A DNA stretch of 32,622 nucleotides from Phoronis australis (Eukaryota; Animalia; Phoronida). Made by a program: the position numbers and the translations under genes. The DNA lies in NCBI GenBank assembly GCA_002633005.1, contig NMRA01000036.1:986488-1019109 (forward strand), given 5' to 3'. Below the pieces are notes generated by a model. It was given only the letters and a program-made list of their open reading frames with translations, had not been told where the DNA came from and ran no database searches. How positions within the stretch are numbered: the first letter of the stretch is position 1; every line of letters begins with the position of its first letter. This document shows positions 1 to 12,321 of this stretch, one piece after another.

Positions 1-652
1 ATACCGGTAGTCAGAATCATCCTAAAGTCGTCATCGTCCGTTGTCAACATCACATAAATACACTTGCTAAATTTAGTAAAGATCCTGCAAACGGTTTGGG
101 AGATACAGCCATGGGCGCAAAAAAAAACTGCCACTAGGAGGCACCACAGTAGTCCAAATCGTCTGAAAATCATTGTCAGCTGTCTTCCTTACAGTAAGCA
201 CATACACGCCAATTTTCACAATCATCCTTTGAGCGGTTTGGTTGATAGAGGGGTGGACGCAAAAATACAGACTCGAAAACAGTAAAAAAGGCCACTAGGT
301 GGCGCAAACTATGTCGAATCCATCTGAAAACAGGAGGATAGCGTCATCTCACTAATAGGTGCCAACATACCAAATTTCATGAAAATCCAATAAGGACTTG
401 TGAAGATACAAAGGTAAGCGTAAAAAAATTTAAATTGCCACTAGGGGGCACACCGGTAGTCGGATCCGTCCGAAAGTTCGCACATGCCGTCCCATTCATG
501 AATGGAACATATGTGCCAAAGTTCATGAACGTATGTCAAAGGGTTTTGGAGATAGAGGAGCGGACGCTGGACGGACGCCGCCCGGATGGACGGACGGACG
601 GACAGAGATGACGGCATAATGCGTCCACATATAAATATGTGGGCGCATAAAA
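1..652 (-). mobile_element. DINE-1/HINE-like non-autonomous Helentron-type element, copy 1 (cut by window start)
   Basis: Terminal hairpin atgcgtccacatat-aa-atatgtgggcgcat at 619-648 next to an A-run, a (GGAC)n microsatellite at ~570-603, and internal ~145-160 bp units shared with the other copies. Confidence 0.85.
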
Positions 653-1469
653 ATTCTCCAGGAATACATTTTTACCACATTCATAAGCCACTAAAAGTTG
701 TATGAGCTCTAGATTAGTGAGTAAAAATAACCAACTTCAAAGTAAGACAAAATACTGTACAAAGGAAGCAAAGCTGTTTATTAAGAGAATAATGAGCAGA
801 GCAAAATTTTGACCACAGTCTACCAATAGAAAAGAAAGTCATGAACTTCCCTCAATTCAAAGGTCGATTTTTTGTGAAACCCAAAATTTAGTCAAAATGG
901 TCAACACTTGTCATTGTGCAAAGCAAGACCTCCCAACTTGAAAGTATTATATTGAGACGTAATATTACCTAAACAGTGCTCAATAAAACTTCCAGTGTCA
1001 TGTTATCTGGCCCTAAATAATGGTGAACAACTGGGCCTAAAATTATGGTGACTGGTAGTACCCCCAATTACCAGTTGACAGCTCCAAGTGCACAACAAAC
1101 AGTTTCAATAAACGGTGTAAATAAGTCTATACTTCCATACATCAGTTTTTCTGACATATTGGCTGCAAATTTAAGGACGAGGTAGATAAGGATTTTATTG
1201 AAAAACGTCAAGGAATGTTTAGGAACATAAAGCAAATATTAGGAAAAAATAGAAGACCATTAATTATAATTATAATGCCAGACTTTGTTACTTACTGAGA
1301 TTAAGATTTTATAAAAAGCTTTTACATGAAAAACAAGGTGCATAACAGTTTGCACCAGATGAATTGTTGCTAGAACAATTGCTTCATTATAAAGGTTGAC
1401 ATACTATGAAGCCATTACTGATTGCTCTGTTCCGCACTTCAGGTAAAAATTCTCAAGTTTGGGACAAAG

Positions 1470-2464
1470 AACAAGAGCAATGTGGAGGGTTGAAATGCGC
1501 CCTCACGAATGTATCGCAAATGGTATGCTTTTAGGGTTATTTATTTGCATCATTAAAATGGCCACCAGATGCCGCAAAAACGTACAATCCATCCAAAAAT
1601 GGGAACATGCCATATTTCATAAAAATTTGTCAAGGAACTTCAGAGAAACAAAGGAAAAAAATATGAAAATGCCACTTGTGGGCACAGCGTCTGTTCCATA
1701 TGCCTGAAAGCCGTCATCTGTTATCTTCATATAAATTCACTTACTAAATTTAATAAAGATCCTGCAGTGGGTTTTGGAGATACAGCTACGGGCGCATAAC
1801 AAAACAAAACTACCGCTAGGAGGCACACCAGTAGTCAGATGCGTCTGAAAGTCATCGTCCTCCGTTGTCAACATCATATAAATACACTGACTAAATTTAG
1901 TAAAAATCCTGAGAATGGTTTAGGGGATTCAGCCATAGGCGCTAAAAATAAAACTGCCACTAGGGGGCGCCACAGTAGTCCAAGTTGTCGAAAAATCATT
2001 GTCAGCCATACACTTTATAGTAAGAACATATGTGCCAATTTTCACAATCATCCTTTGAGCGGTTTGGTTGATAGAGGGGTGGATGCAAAAAACAGATTCG
2101 CAAACAGTAAAAATGGCTACTAGGTGGCGCAAACCACGTCAAATCCATCTGAAAATGAGAGGATAGCGCCGTCTCACTAATAGGTGCCTATATATCAAAT
2201 TTTATGAAAATCCGTTGAGGACTTTTGAAGATACAAAGGTAAACATAAAAATCTAAAATTGCCACTAGGGGGCACACCGGTTGTCAGATCCGTCCGAAAG
2301 TTCACTCATGCTGTCCCATCCATGGAAAGAACACATGCGCAAAAATTTATGAACATACGTCAAGGCGTTTTGGAGATAGAGCAGTGGACGCTGGACACCA
2401 GATGGTGGACGGACATAGATGACGACATAATGCGTCCACATATAAATATGTGGGCACATAAAAA
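1470..2464 (-). mobile_element. HINE-like element copy 2 (~1.0 kb, 6 internal units)
   Basis: Plus strand begins aacaagagcaatgtggagggttgaaatgcgccc (subterminal stem plus subTIR) and ends ataatgcgtccacatataaatatgtgggcacataaaaa. Confidence 0.87.
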
Positions 2465-3118
2465 TTAATTAAGAGCTTGTAACAATTTTTTTAAAAACAG
2501 GTAGTATCGGCCATTCCAAATTCAAGAATTACAAAAAAGAGTCTGAATAATTACCGAATTTTGAAATTTGGAGGTAAAGAGATATGGTGTTGGCTACATG
2601 TTTCAAATTTGTAGAGTAGTTTGTAACATTTGACTTCGTTGCCAGAATCATCTTTGACATTGGGTACAAGTGTCCGACTCTGTAATAAACACAGTGTCCC
2701 ATGTTTGAGAAATATGATTAACACTAACATTGTGCATGTCCCGAACTCCAGAATCACAAAAATTTCATTTTGACTTGAATTTTGGTGTTCTAAATTTAAG
2801 CAACAAGTCAAAACTGGAGAATGTTTACCGTGGATCAGCATTCGTGATAATGCCATGGGTTGACATGGTGGTTCTTGTATTGACAAAGTGTAAGGTGTCA
2901 TGGAACAAGCTGTTTTTTAAATGATACACAAACCTTAGTTTGTACCTGATGACTAAAGATCCAGGAAGAATACCTCTAAAACAAGCTTTAATGCGCTAGT
3001 GTAAAGAATTAACGCAAGTCCCATAATCAGCCTAACTTACTTTCAGTGTTGAGATTTTATAACTAGTCACATTAGACTTAGATTTCAACTTGGATGAAAA
3101 GAGACCTGCAGTACTCAC

Positions 3119-3663
3119 ATCACTCTGTGGAAGTAATATTGGTAAGTCATCAGCATTGCCAAACCTACAGCTGTAGTACAGCTGAAGAAACACGAAACTG
3201 GGGTTAACGCCACCTCGAAGAGGCTCCTTCAGGGACATCATCTGAGGTTTCATTGAGCAGTCAGAGCGTTCCATCGCCGCCCTCACCACTGAAATTGTGT
3301 GTCCTCGCGGTTTGCGCTCCGCTTGAAGTTCTCTGTTTTTGGCCAAGGCAATCTTTGACTGATCAACAGACAGACTTGCAGTCAATTGCAATTTTTCCGT
3401 TTTCAAACCCACTTCTGGCTTCGACTTCTCCGCTTCTGAAGACTGCATAATCTCATTAACAGTAGACTGATAACTATCACTTTCTTTCAATGTCTCCATA
3501 CTCGGTTTTGTCTGTGACAGCAGATCCGTGGTTTCCAGGGAGAGGTCTTTCACAAAATTCAACTCTGGTGAAGAAGCACTTCGTTTCAGAGGAATCTTTG
3601 TAGGAATTTGCAATCGCGTTGACTCACATTTATGATCTTCCTGATCAGGCGAGATGTCAGCAT
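3119..3663 (-). CDS. TSC2: TSC2 exon (545 bp, phase 1-0): DADISPDQED...LKRSASSPEL...KPRGHTIS...GGVNPSFVFLQLYYSCRFGNADDLPILLPQSD
   Basis: Acceptor tatattttag and donor gtgagt. Matches the human motifs SKSSSSPEL, RPRGYTIS and GINPSFVFLQLYHS...KPILLP just upstream of the GAP domain. Confidence 0.95.
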
Positions 3664-3817
3664 CTAAAATATACTAGGCATATGAATGTATTCCATTGCC
3701 TTGTTGCAAAACCTATTAAAAGGCGTGACAACAATAAACTTTCAACTGAAGCGCCTTCTCGTGTAGGTTGAGAGTACACCTGACCAATTGTAAGAGTTAT
3801 TTCCAAGTGGTTGTTAA

Positions 3818-4033
3818 AGCTGCATTGTGCCCTGTTTAGTTAACTAAAATAAAAACTGAATTATGTCTTATACTCATAGTCTCATAAAATTGGTCACATA
3901 ATATTCCTTACAGTGATTCTATTTCCATTACCAAATCAAGCCATGGGCAATGAGTTGCAGTCAATGAGCCGCTGATGTTGTTAACATCGAAACCACCAGT
4001 GACAAAAATGGAAACCATCAGAGAAATGCAGCT
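3818..4033. mobile_element. TTAA-flanked MITE (Kolobok-like), 216 bp
   Basis: ttaa|agctgcatt ... aatgcagct|ttaa, giving a 9-bp TIR with AG..CT termini. Confidence 0.65.
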
Positions 4034-5086
4034 TTAAGTTGGATGAATACAAAATGTGAAGAGAAAGAGAATGTTTGAAAATAGAATGACAGAATGATTT
4101 ATTTTGCAAGTGCTTTATACAATAAGTTTCAGTTATAGCATCATGTACTTATACAATGTACTTAGTGCACGATGGCAGTAAATAGCTTAACTACAAAATA
4201 ATTTGATTCTTTGACAGAGGGTGACGGAGTGTTTATAGCTGCAACAACTGGGTGAATGCAAGGTATTGCAAAGCCAGGTTCATGATTTTAAACCATAGCA
4301 AACAGGGTAAGATTCCGAATGTTTATGATTATGCTTTTTTGCCTGTAACATCATTCCACCTAGCATTGTATTTTAAACAATGCCTACAAACTGAAACTGA
4401 AGGAAACCATAGATGTTGCAACAAAATTCTATCACTCAACGAGCAAATTCTGCATGAGGTTTTGACTTTGATATGCTAGTTAGTGATTTCTAAGCCATTC
4501 TTCATATTAATTTTGGGCAGGCATAATTCTGAAATTCCATGGAATACCATTACCAGCATGGGTTAATGTCCATGTTCTGCTTAACTCCCAATCCAGAAAT
4601 GTCCAAATTTTGACTTTAACATTCATGCTTGGCTTAGTGCCCCCCACCCCCCGTCTCACAACAATTCTGGGTCCCTAAACGTTCACAACTTGGTAAATTT
4701 TAAGTTATGAACAGTGAGTGTCAGCAGCACTTTTCAGGTGGTACAATGGTACTGATGGAGACATAAAATATTGGTTCATGCCCATTTTAATATTATCACT
4801 GTTATGAGGAAAAACGATGAAAGCATTTTTGCACTGGGTGAAATGACCATCCGGGTAAACACTCATTGCCAATTTCTCAAAAAGTTCATTTTTAAATGCC
4901 CATCCTCATCTTAACGTCCTTCCTCAGCTTAACACCAAACACAAGGTTTTTGAATTGGCCGCCCTGGGTATGAAACCTGAATGAGAAAAGAAGTAAAAAC
5001 AACAAGTCACTTTTTACCAAAAGTTTTACGAAAAAGATGTAACAAAACAGTAACTTAATACTACCAACCCTTCTCTACTGTTTCAC

Positions 5087-5179
5087 CTTCCAGCATCATA
5101 CCACTTAGTGACAATGGTGTTGCGTAGACGTCCTCATGAATATTCATGTCCAAGGAGGCAGGGCTAAATGTCTGAGAAT
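5087..5179 (-). CDS. Candidate symmetric TSC2 cassette exon (93 bp, phase 1-1; alternative donor would end at 5102): DSQTFSPASLDMNIHEDVYATPLSLSGMMLE
   Basis: Acceptor cccttttcag, open in the required frame, with in-phase donors G|gtgaaa or G|gtatga. No homology support. Confidence 0.45.
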
Positions 5180-5365
5180 CTGAAAAGGGTTCATCTATTT
5201 TACATCAATATCTATGATTTTCACAGAACAAGGTCTATTACCTAGGGTCACCTGAAAATGATCTATACAATAACGGATCAAGGGAGAGTAATGTTGCACA
5301 AGGTCTAAGGCAATGTTGCTCCCCCCTAGATATGTCTGAGGGACCAGTCATCATTACATGACCAT

Positions 5366-6961
5366 AGACCCAATTCACGCGGCGGACATTAAAATCCAAA
5401 GCGAGGCTCACTGCAATAAACAAGTTGACAGTGTGAGTTAAATGGCCGGTCTTTCGAGTCCAACTAGGATATTAAATCTTAAAAATGTATCACTAATTAA
5501 CCACAGAGACGTAGAAAAATACATTAGAGAACAAGTCAATGCACCAAAGAGTTGTCTGACGAAAGGGTATAAGTTTTTTTCTGAAAACTAGGTTCGAAAC
5601 ATGAAAAGTAAATATGACCAAACTGCGGCGATTGTAGTGTTACGGATTAGGTTTCTTCTTGCAAATTGTTGATAAAAATGCTTTCTACACCAACCAGTTT
5701 ATCTGCTTGTATTGTTGACAAGTTGAAGATATATTCGACAGTGGTGGCTCATCGCATTTTACTGTCATGTGCAATTAGTCACATCTGGTTTAATTTGTTG
5801 ATCAAGAATATCAACAACAAGCATAGCCTAGGTCCTAATGAGGTAGGGACTACCAGGATTAAGAGTTGATTTTTCATTGATCTGAAAGAATAACTGATGT
5901 TAATATATTTTTATTAAAATAAAAAAACCAGGCTCGTAATTGAAAATAAAAATTATTTGACCATTTAAGTTTTAAATTTTGAAAAAAATTTAACGAGCAC
6001 AGCCCCGCTTTGGTATTATATCCAGGTTCTCATTCACTCCCTTGCACACATTCACAAGTAATTATTTGACCATCAATTCTGCTTTCTTGGTTTTAATAAT
6101 TCTTACGTCTATTTTAAGTGACTGTTAGGTTAATTCAAACATCAATATGGGCCAAGTTGAATTTTAAAATTAAAACACTTGATTCGTTCGTCCAAAGCAT
6201 AACCTCGTTTTAGAGCTAAATTTCAGTTAACTGGACAGAGCAAGCATAGTTATCATGTTTCTTCAGGGGCCTCGTTCATCCAAGGGAAAGGTGAGAGGGG
6301 AATTTTTTCACCGAGCGAAGTCAGCAGAAAAATCTACCTCCCCATCATCATCAATAGCACCCCACGGTGCCCTGTTGCAAGCTCTCATAGGCTCTCTCTC
6401 TCAGGTAGCATTTTGTGCTCTTTCAAATTGTCACTTGTGTGGTTACAGGTGATTTGAACTTCGGAGAGAGCTTTTCTATCCCTATGGGAATTTTTGGGCC
6501 ACGTGGGGCCGGGGCATTTTGGGGAATTTTTCAGTATTTTTGAGAGAGGAATAGGGCTGATATTCGGCCCCAAAATCGAGGGACTGAGGGCCCTGTCTTT
6601 TTTGGAAAGAAACATGAATCATCTTTCAACTCATAGTCATGAAAACACAGCCTGGCTGACCAAAGATTCTCCGGTCGTTGCTATGACGCTCGGCAACTGA
6701 GATGCGACAAAATATGATCTAACTTTCCGGAAACATTTACAGATTTTACACGGACATATTTTCCTTCGTCGCGCGTATGACAACGACCCAACGCTTCCGA
6801 TTCTCAACGTCCTCAGGGATTGTGAAACAGACAGTTGAGTGTCCGTATTTTTTCCAGCCATTAGAGCAACACAGAATACAACCAGTATGCCGATAAGCCA
6901 ACAGAGATATCGTAGCGAGCCTCGTTTTGGAACGCGCCTTCTGTCGGCGTGAATTGGGTCT
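5366..6961. mobile_element. Non-autonomous ISL2EU/PIF-Harbinger-like TIR element (1596 bp) with AT target duplication
   Basis: Perfect 15-bp TIR agacccaattcacgc...gcgtgaattgggtct flanked by AT on both sides, further subterminal similarity (ccaaa.cgaggctc.ct.c.at), and a THAP-like remnant inside. Confidence 0.75.
6750..6880 (-). pseudogene. Degenerate N-terminal THAP zinc-finger fragment
   Basis: Translates CILCCSNGWKKYGHSTVCFTIPEDVENRKRWVVVIR/(frameshift)DEGKYVR, fitting the THAP pattern C..C.N...F..P.D...R..W...IRRD.G. Confidence 0.6.
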
Positions 6962-7391
6962 ATTGATGCCTTTTTCCTCTGACTTTGTGGCTTTATTAGA
7001 CTAGCATGTTCTTACTTGCATCGTCACTTAATAGTCAGGGTTTATTGTTTCTACTATCATGTCTGATTGGCCAAACCACCAATGTCAACATCTCACAACC
7101 CGAGTGACATGAATGGAAAGAGATATTCCACAATCAGCATGGCCAACAATACATCTTCTCCAGGAGATTTATTATTCTTTTGTTTCTTAATGGCCCTTAC
7201 TGTTTCATCGTATTGCCAATTTTTATAATGATCCTGATTGATGAATGCTGAGGCAGACAACAAAAACACTCCGAATTAATAACATGGCCAATACGTGGCG
7301 CAGAAAATATCGAATACATAATAATCCTTTGTCACAATAAGAACTTGTTGGCAAAATCACACGAAAAACATTAACGGCAAACATAAAAACT

Positions 7392-8703
7392 ACAAGAGCA
7401 ACGCGGAGCGTTGAAATGCGCCCACGAATACACCGCAAATGGTGTGCTTCTAGGGTTGTTTATTTGTTTCATAAAAATGGCCACTAGTTGGCGTAAAAAC
7501 GGCCAATCCATCTGAAAACGGGCACATGCCATCGCTTCTTTAATAGAAATTAATAAGCTATTTACCTAATTTCATAAAAATCTGTCAAGGAACTTCCGAG
7601 AAACAAAGGAAAACGGAAAAAAAATGAAACTGCCACTAAGAGGCACAGTGTTCATTGGATCAGCCTGAAAGATGTCATCGTCTGTTGTTACCTTCATATA
7701 AATACAATTATAAAGATCCTGCAGTGGGTTTAGGACACACAGTTATGAGCACAAAACAAAGCAAAACTACCACTAGGAGGCACCACAGTAGCCGAAGTCG
7801 TCACTGTCAACCGTCCTTTTCACACTGAGAACATATTTGACAATTTTCAAAATCATACAATGATTTGGTTGGTCGAGGGGTGGACGCCAAAAGACTCGAA
7901 AATAGCAAAAATGGCCACTAGGTGGCTCAAAGTACCTCGATCCCATCCAAAAACGGGAGGATAGCATCATCTCACCAGATGCATATATTCCAAATTTTAT
8001 GAAAATCTGTTGAGGACCTTTGAAGATACAGAGGTAAACGTAAAAAACTAAATTGCCACTAGAGGGCACACCGGTAGTCAGATCCGTCTGAAGGTCGTTG
8101 TCTATTGTCAACTTCATGTAAATACACTTGTTAAACTTAGTAAAGATCCTGCAAACAGTTTAGGAGATACAGCTATGGGCGCCATAAAAGAACTGTCACT
8201 AGGTGGCGCCACAGTAGTCGAAGTCGTCGCAAAATCATCGTCAGCCGTCATCTTCATAGTAAAAACACACATGACAATTTTCACAATCATCCTAAGAGCG
8301 GTTTGTTTGATAGAGGGGTGAATGCCAAAAACAGACTAAAAAGACAGTAAAAATGGCCACCAGGTGGCGCAAACTACGGCAAATGCACCCGAAAACTAAT
8401 AGATGCCTATGTGCCAAATTTTATGAAAATACGTTGAGGACATTAGAAAATATAGAGTTAAACGTAAAAAACTAAAATTGCCACTAGGGGGCACACTGGT
8501 AGTCGGATCCGTCCGAAAGTTTGCTCATGCCGTCCCATGCATAAAAAGAACGCGTGCAAAATACCATGAACATTCGTTGAATGGTTTTGGAGACAGAGCA
8601 GCGGACGCCAGATGACAGACGGACGGCTGGGCAGGTATAATGGTAATCTGCGCCATCTGGTAGCAATTTTTATGCGCCCACATAATATGTGGGCGCATAA
8701 AAA
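7392..8703 (-). mobile_element. HINE-like element copy 3 (~1.3 kb, 8 internal units) with a rearranged palindromic end
   Basis: Begins acaagagcaacgc-gga-gcgttg (perfect 6-bp stem) followed by aaatgcgccc, has the same internal units, and ends tatgtgggcgcataaaaa. Confidence 0.87.
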
Positions 8704-8727
8704 TTGCTACCAGATGGCGCAGATTAC
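8643..8727. repeat. Perfect 85-bp palindrome (42-bp arms, 1-nt centre)
   Basis: 8643-8684 gtaatctgcgccatctggtagcaatttttatgcgcccacata is the exact reverse complement of 8686-8727. Confidence 0.97.
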
Positions 8728-9356
8728 ATCGTGTATGCCTCAAAAAACAAAAGGTGCTGTCGTTTCCATAATAGCCACCAAACTGCCAAATTTCATGAAA
8801 AACTGGCTATTAAGAACTCTGACAATGCTAAAATTGTTACTAAGCGACACAGTAGAAGTCAAATCTATCAAAAAGTCGTGGCTAGTCTTACAAACAATCT
8901 GGCTGTGTTAACTGAACAGCATAATACACTTCACTGAGCAACTGTCTTGCAAGAGAAGCGAAATCACACAAAACCATGCACACTCAAGGGAGTGAAGGTG
9001 CAAGTTTCGCGAGAATGCTACAGAAATCAAGAAAAAAGTTACCATTGAAGCAATTGATAAAAGGGACATAATTCATGACTCATGGGATAGAATTTACCAT
9101 CACATTCCTAGCAAAAGTGAAGATTTCTCATTGCAAGCCCATCGTTAATGTCTTAGGTATGTGGAATGAAGCCCTGGGTTGTTGAGATCAGGCTATTACA
9201 GGGTATTATCTGACCCTATCAGGTCTTGCTTAAGCCTGTTAATTCCATCACATAAACACACGCTCACTACTCTCAAGGTCTGTAAGAAGTGGATAGAAAA
9301 GGCTCATTTGGTCCTTAATGAAAATGATACGCCAGGCTTTCACTTATAACGCATAC

Positions 9357-9513
9357 CTGATGAAAGGTGCTTCTTTTTATAACTGTCATCATGGGAGGAT
9401 GAATCACTCTGTGAGAAATGCTTCTCATGTAGTGAGTCATACTCATTCTCGCCCAGGCTTTCACTGTCGATCTGACCCAGACTATCAGCATCATATGCTT
9501 TTTCCTGGCTAGC
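9357..9513 (-). CDS. TSC2: Probable TSC2 exon (157 bp, phase 0-1): ASQEKAYDADSLGQIDSESLGENEYDSLHEKHFSQSDSSSHDDSYKKKHLSS
   Basis: Strong acceptor ttgttccctctcag and donor G|gtatgc. It bridges the phase-0 end at 12146 to the phase-1 start at 3663. The acidic low-complexity peptide has little recognisable homology. Confidence 0.78.
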
Positions 9514-11014
9514 CTGAGAGGGAACAACAACATATAAGATGCAGGATAACATACTGAATATATAGTTTGAGAACATAAAACAATATGCGACATTAACAGC
9601 AGTCAATGTTTCAGCAAGATTTTGTGACATTTTGGGGGGTATGAAAACCAACATATTGATAAAGAATAAAGTGATTAATAATTAGACCCAAAGTTCAAAG
9701 AATTTGCCCCAAGGTTAGTTGCCAACAAGTAAGTTAAGTCAGAGTTCTCCGACAGAGTGTATTCGAATAGTAAAATGCATTCTGAGAAGAGAGATTACAC
9801 AGTTGAAAAAATAACTGTCAAAATTCTAGAAGTGACCTGCCATATAATTGTCATCAAATTCAATGAAGAAGAAAAGTTAGATAAGTCCAAGGAGCACTTC
9901 AAATTGGGCAACTTGTAACGAAAGACTGAAACACATCCTGCAAAAAAAACTTTCGTAAGATGGTGTATACCCAGATTGAATGATACACGGGAATGATGCA
10001 GTACACATTTCACAAAAAATCATCTAACTCATGATGTTTACGAAATCAATTCAATAATTAATTTTGTGCGAGATAACAGGCCTCAAAATACTTTAACTTT
10101 GTGCGGATTTCCATTATTGGGTAATTCGAGTTTTCTCCCTTGGCACAGACTATACAGTCTCACGTCAATTTCAATAACATGGATTGCCTGTTTTTCAGGG
10201 CACTGCATCAGGTGATGCTAACAGAATATCATTTCCCTGGTGGCGACTGCAAACAATAATGCGACCACTCAAAATTAGAAACGAGCCTTATTGTTTTGAA
10301 AATCAATTATGAGTGGGAATTAGCCTGCCTGAGCAGTGGGCGCTCAATTGAAAATACTCAAACGTTGAAGGTGGGTGCTTAGCAGAGCAGTGGATCCTTA
10401 TTCAGAAAATTTTCAAAAGTAGGGGTGGAGCTTAATCAACATGCTTGGGTAGTAACTGGATGTTTACCGAGTCAGACTTACACATTTACATTTCGCAATA
10501 TTTGCCTGTAATGTCTTTTCATTTTGCCTGTAGGTCATACATTAACATAATTATGTGTATTAGGTGGAAGGCAACTACAAATCTTTGTTCGGGCAAAAAT
10601 TAAGAACAATTTGTAATGAACAAATCGAGAAAAAGTTGGCCAACAGAGAATTTGGGATATTCTCTCCAGACAACACAGCAAAAAGTTAGTGGATGTGACT
10701 TGTATTTCCAAAGTGAATAAATACTCACTCACTCAAAATTCCCCAGCTATTACGTATAACTATTCAGTACAGCCATTAAACTGTATTCAACAGGTCTTAG
10801 GCAATTATGGTAAAATCTCACCACTTTCAAAGTACAAAATTGCAACTATTGGTCTATTTTCATTTTTTAAACTAAGACTTATCACATTGTGAATGTCTAT
10901 CATATAATACTTGATGATCCCTTAACTAATTTTGGAATGTAATCAGCAGTCAGCAAGTCCAAATCTTTCAGATACCATTAACTGTCACAGTGATATTACT
11001 GTTAATAGTCTATT

Positions 11015-11840
11015 GAGGAAAGCTGCTGTGTTGACATGCACCCACCGTGCATCACAAACAGTGTGTTTCTAGGGGCCACTAGTAGGTGCTGCAGTAGTCA
11101 AATCAGCCCGAAAATCAAATGGTACCAGTGCATTGTCATCATACACCTCTAAGTCAAGTTTCATTTAAATCGGATTCCGTTAATCAGTTCCTTAGCTATC
11201 ATTCAGAAACTCTCTTCCCTCGAACAACACTTGGAAAGCTTTTTGTCACGATGCTGCAATTGGTTCTCTACATATCACCCTGAAACACTGTCAAAACGGC
11301 AACTAGGAGGCGCTGCAGAAATGGAATCTGCCTAAAAATTAAATGGTGCAGGCGCATCCACGGGATCTACGTCTGTGCCAAGTTTTATTGAAAGCTGTCA
11401 ACTGGTTTTCATATCATCCATAAATATTCTTCCCCAAAAATAACATTGTAAAGTCCCTGGTCAAGAACAAAATGGCTACTACGAGGCGCTACAGTGGTCG
11501 AATCCACTCGAAAATTTAATGGTGCCAGTGCATTGATATCACATACCTTTGTGTCAAGTTTCATTGAAATCTGTGAATCTGTTCACTGATATAATTCGGA
11601 ATAACACTCTTCCCCCAGAAATAGTGCGAAAGCCATGCCCCCCTTGAACCCAGAGGGCAGGCAGATTGAAAAGTGCCACAAACTGTTCCAGTGATGTCCT
11701 ACCCATTTCATCAAAATCCAACCAGGGTTTTCGAGATGTCAAGTGAACACCCGGACAACCTAACAACTAGATTATTTCTTAATAGGCAAAGTGACAATAA
11801 TATGCAACCACATATTTAATATAATGTAGGCGCACAAAAA
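11015..11840 (-). mobile_element. Diverged HINE-like element (second subfamily, ~180-220 bp internal units)
   Basis: ttgacatgcacccaccgtgcatcacaaacagtgtgtttctaggg aligns to the start of copies 3 and 4. The end tatgcaaccacatatttaatataatgtaggcgcacaaaaa aligns to the terminal hairpin. Unit motifs occur at 11075, 11299 and 11475. Confidence 0.7.
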
Positions 11841-12145
11841 TCAAAACATCAACTGTGAGGATTTTGCAATCTGAAAAACATAATTGTGAAAGGTTATTTT
11901 CTCAAAATTTAAATGTTTTGTAAATAAAGCCTGACTACTGTTTAAAAAAGATAAGATCACGCTTAATCAAGCTTTGCCAACTTTAAACAATGAATCAGCC
12001 CAGGGCACGAGGGATTGAGACTAAGACTTTTGATGTTACAACATATCACTCTCCTGGGGCTTTGGAGGTAAAATGCACACATTCCTATAGGGATGTGTGC
12101 AAAAGGAGTAACTGAAGAATTTTATAAACAATATTCGTTACTAAC

Positions 12146-12321
12146 CATGAACAGTGAACAGATATCAGCAAGAGGGAAATCATGCATCAACTCATTTTGT
12201 ATACGCATACTCCAAGACACATTGCCTGTTGGACGCCGAATGTAGACCTCTGCCCAGCCCTGGCACCAGCAATTACACTGTTCAGGATCCCAGCCTCGTT
12301 TCTCCGCCTCCTTGAGATTAC
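12146..12321 (-). CDS. TSC2: TSC2 exon (176 bp, phase 1-0): GNLKEAEKRGWDPEQCNCWCQGWAEVYIRRPTGNVSWSMRIQNELMHDFPLADICSLFM
   Basis: Acceptor ccctttaaatgtcag and donor gttagt. Contains the hallmark tuberin motif QGWAE.(L/I)RRPTGN.SW.M. Confidence 0.94.

Noticed and set aside
653-3118. Next TSC2 exon (start of the GAP domain, ...LD.IPPY.THKIGV...)
   Set aside because: Not found on the minus strand by eye; it presumably lies beyond the window start.
10285-10470. Degenerate gggcgct(t/c)a-type repeats resembling a small non-autonomous DNA element
   Set aside because: No paired termini could be identified, so there is not enough support to call it.
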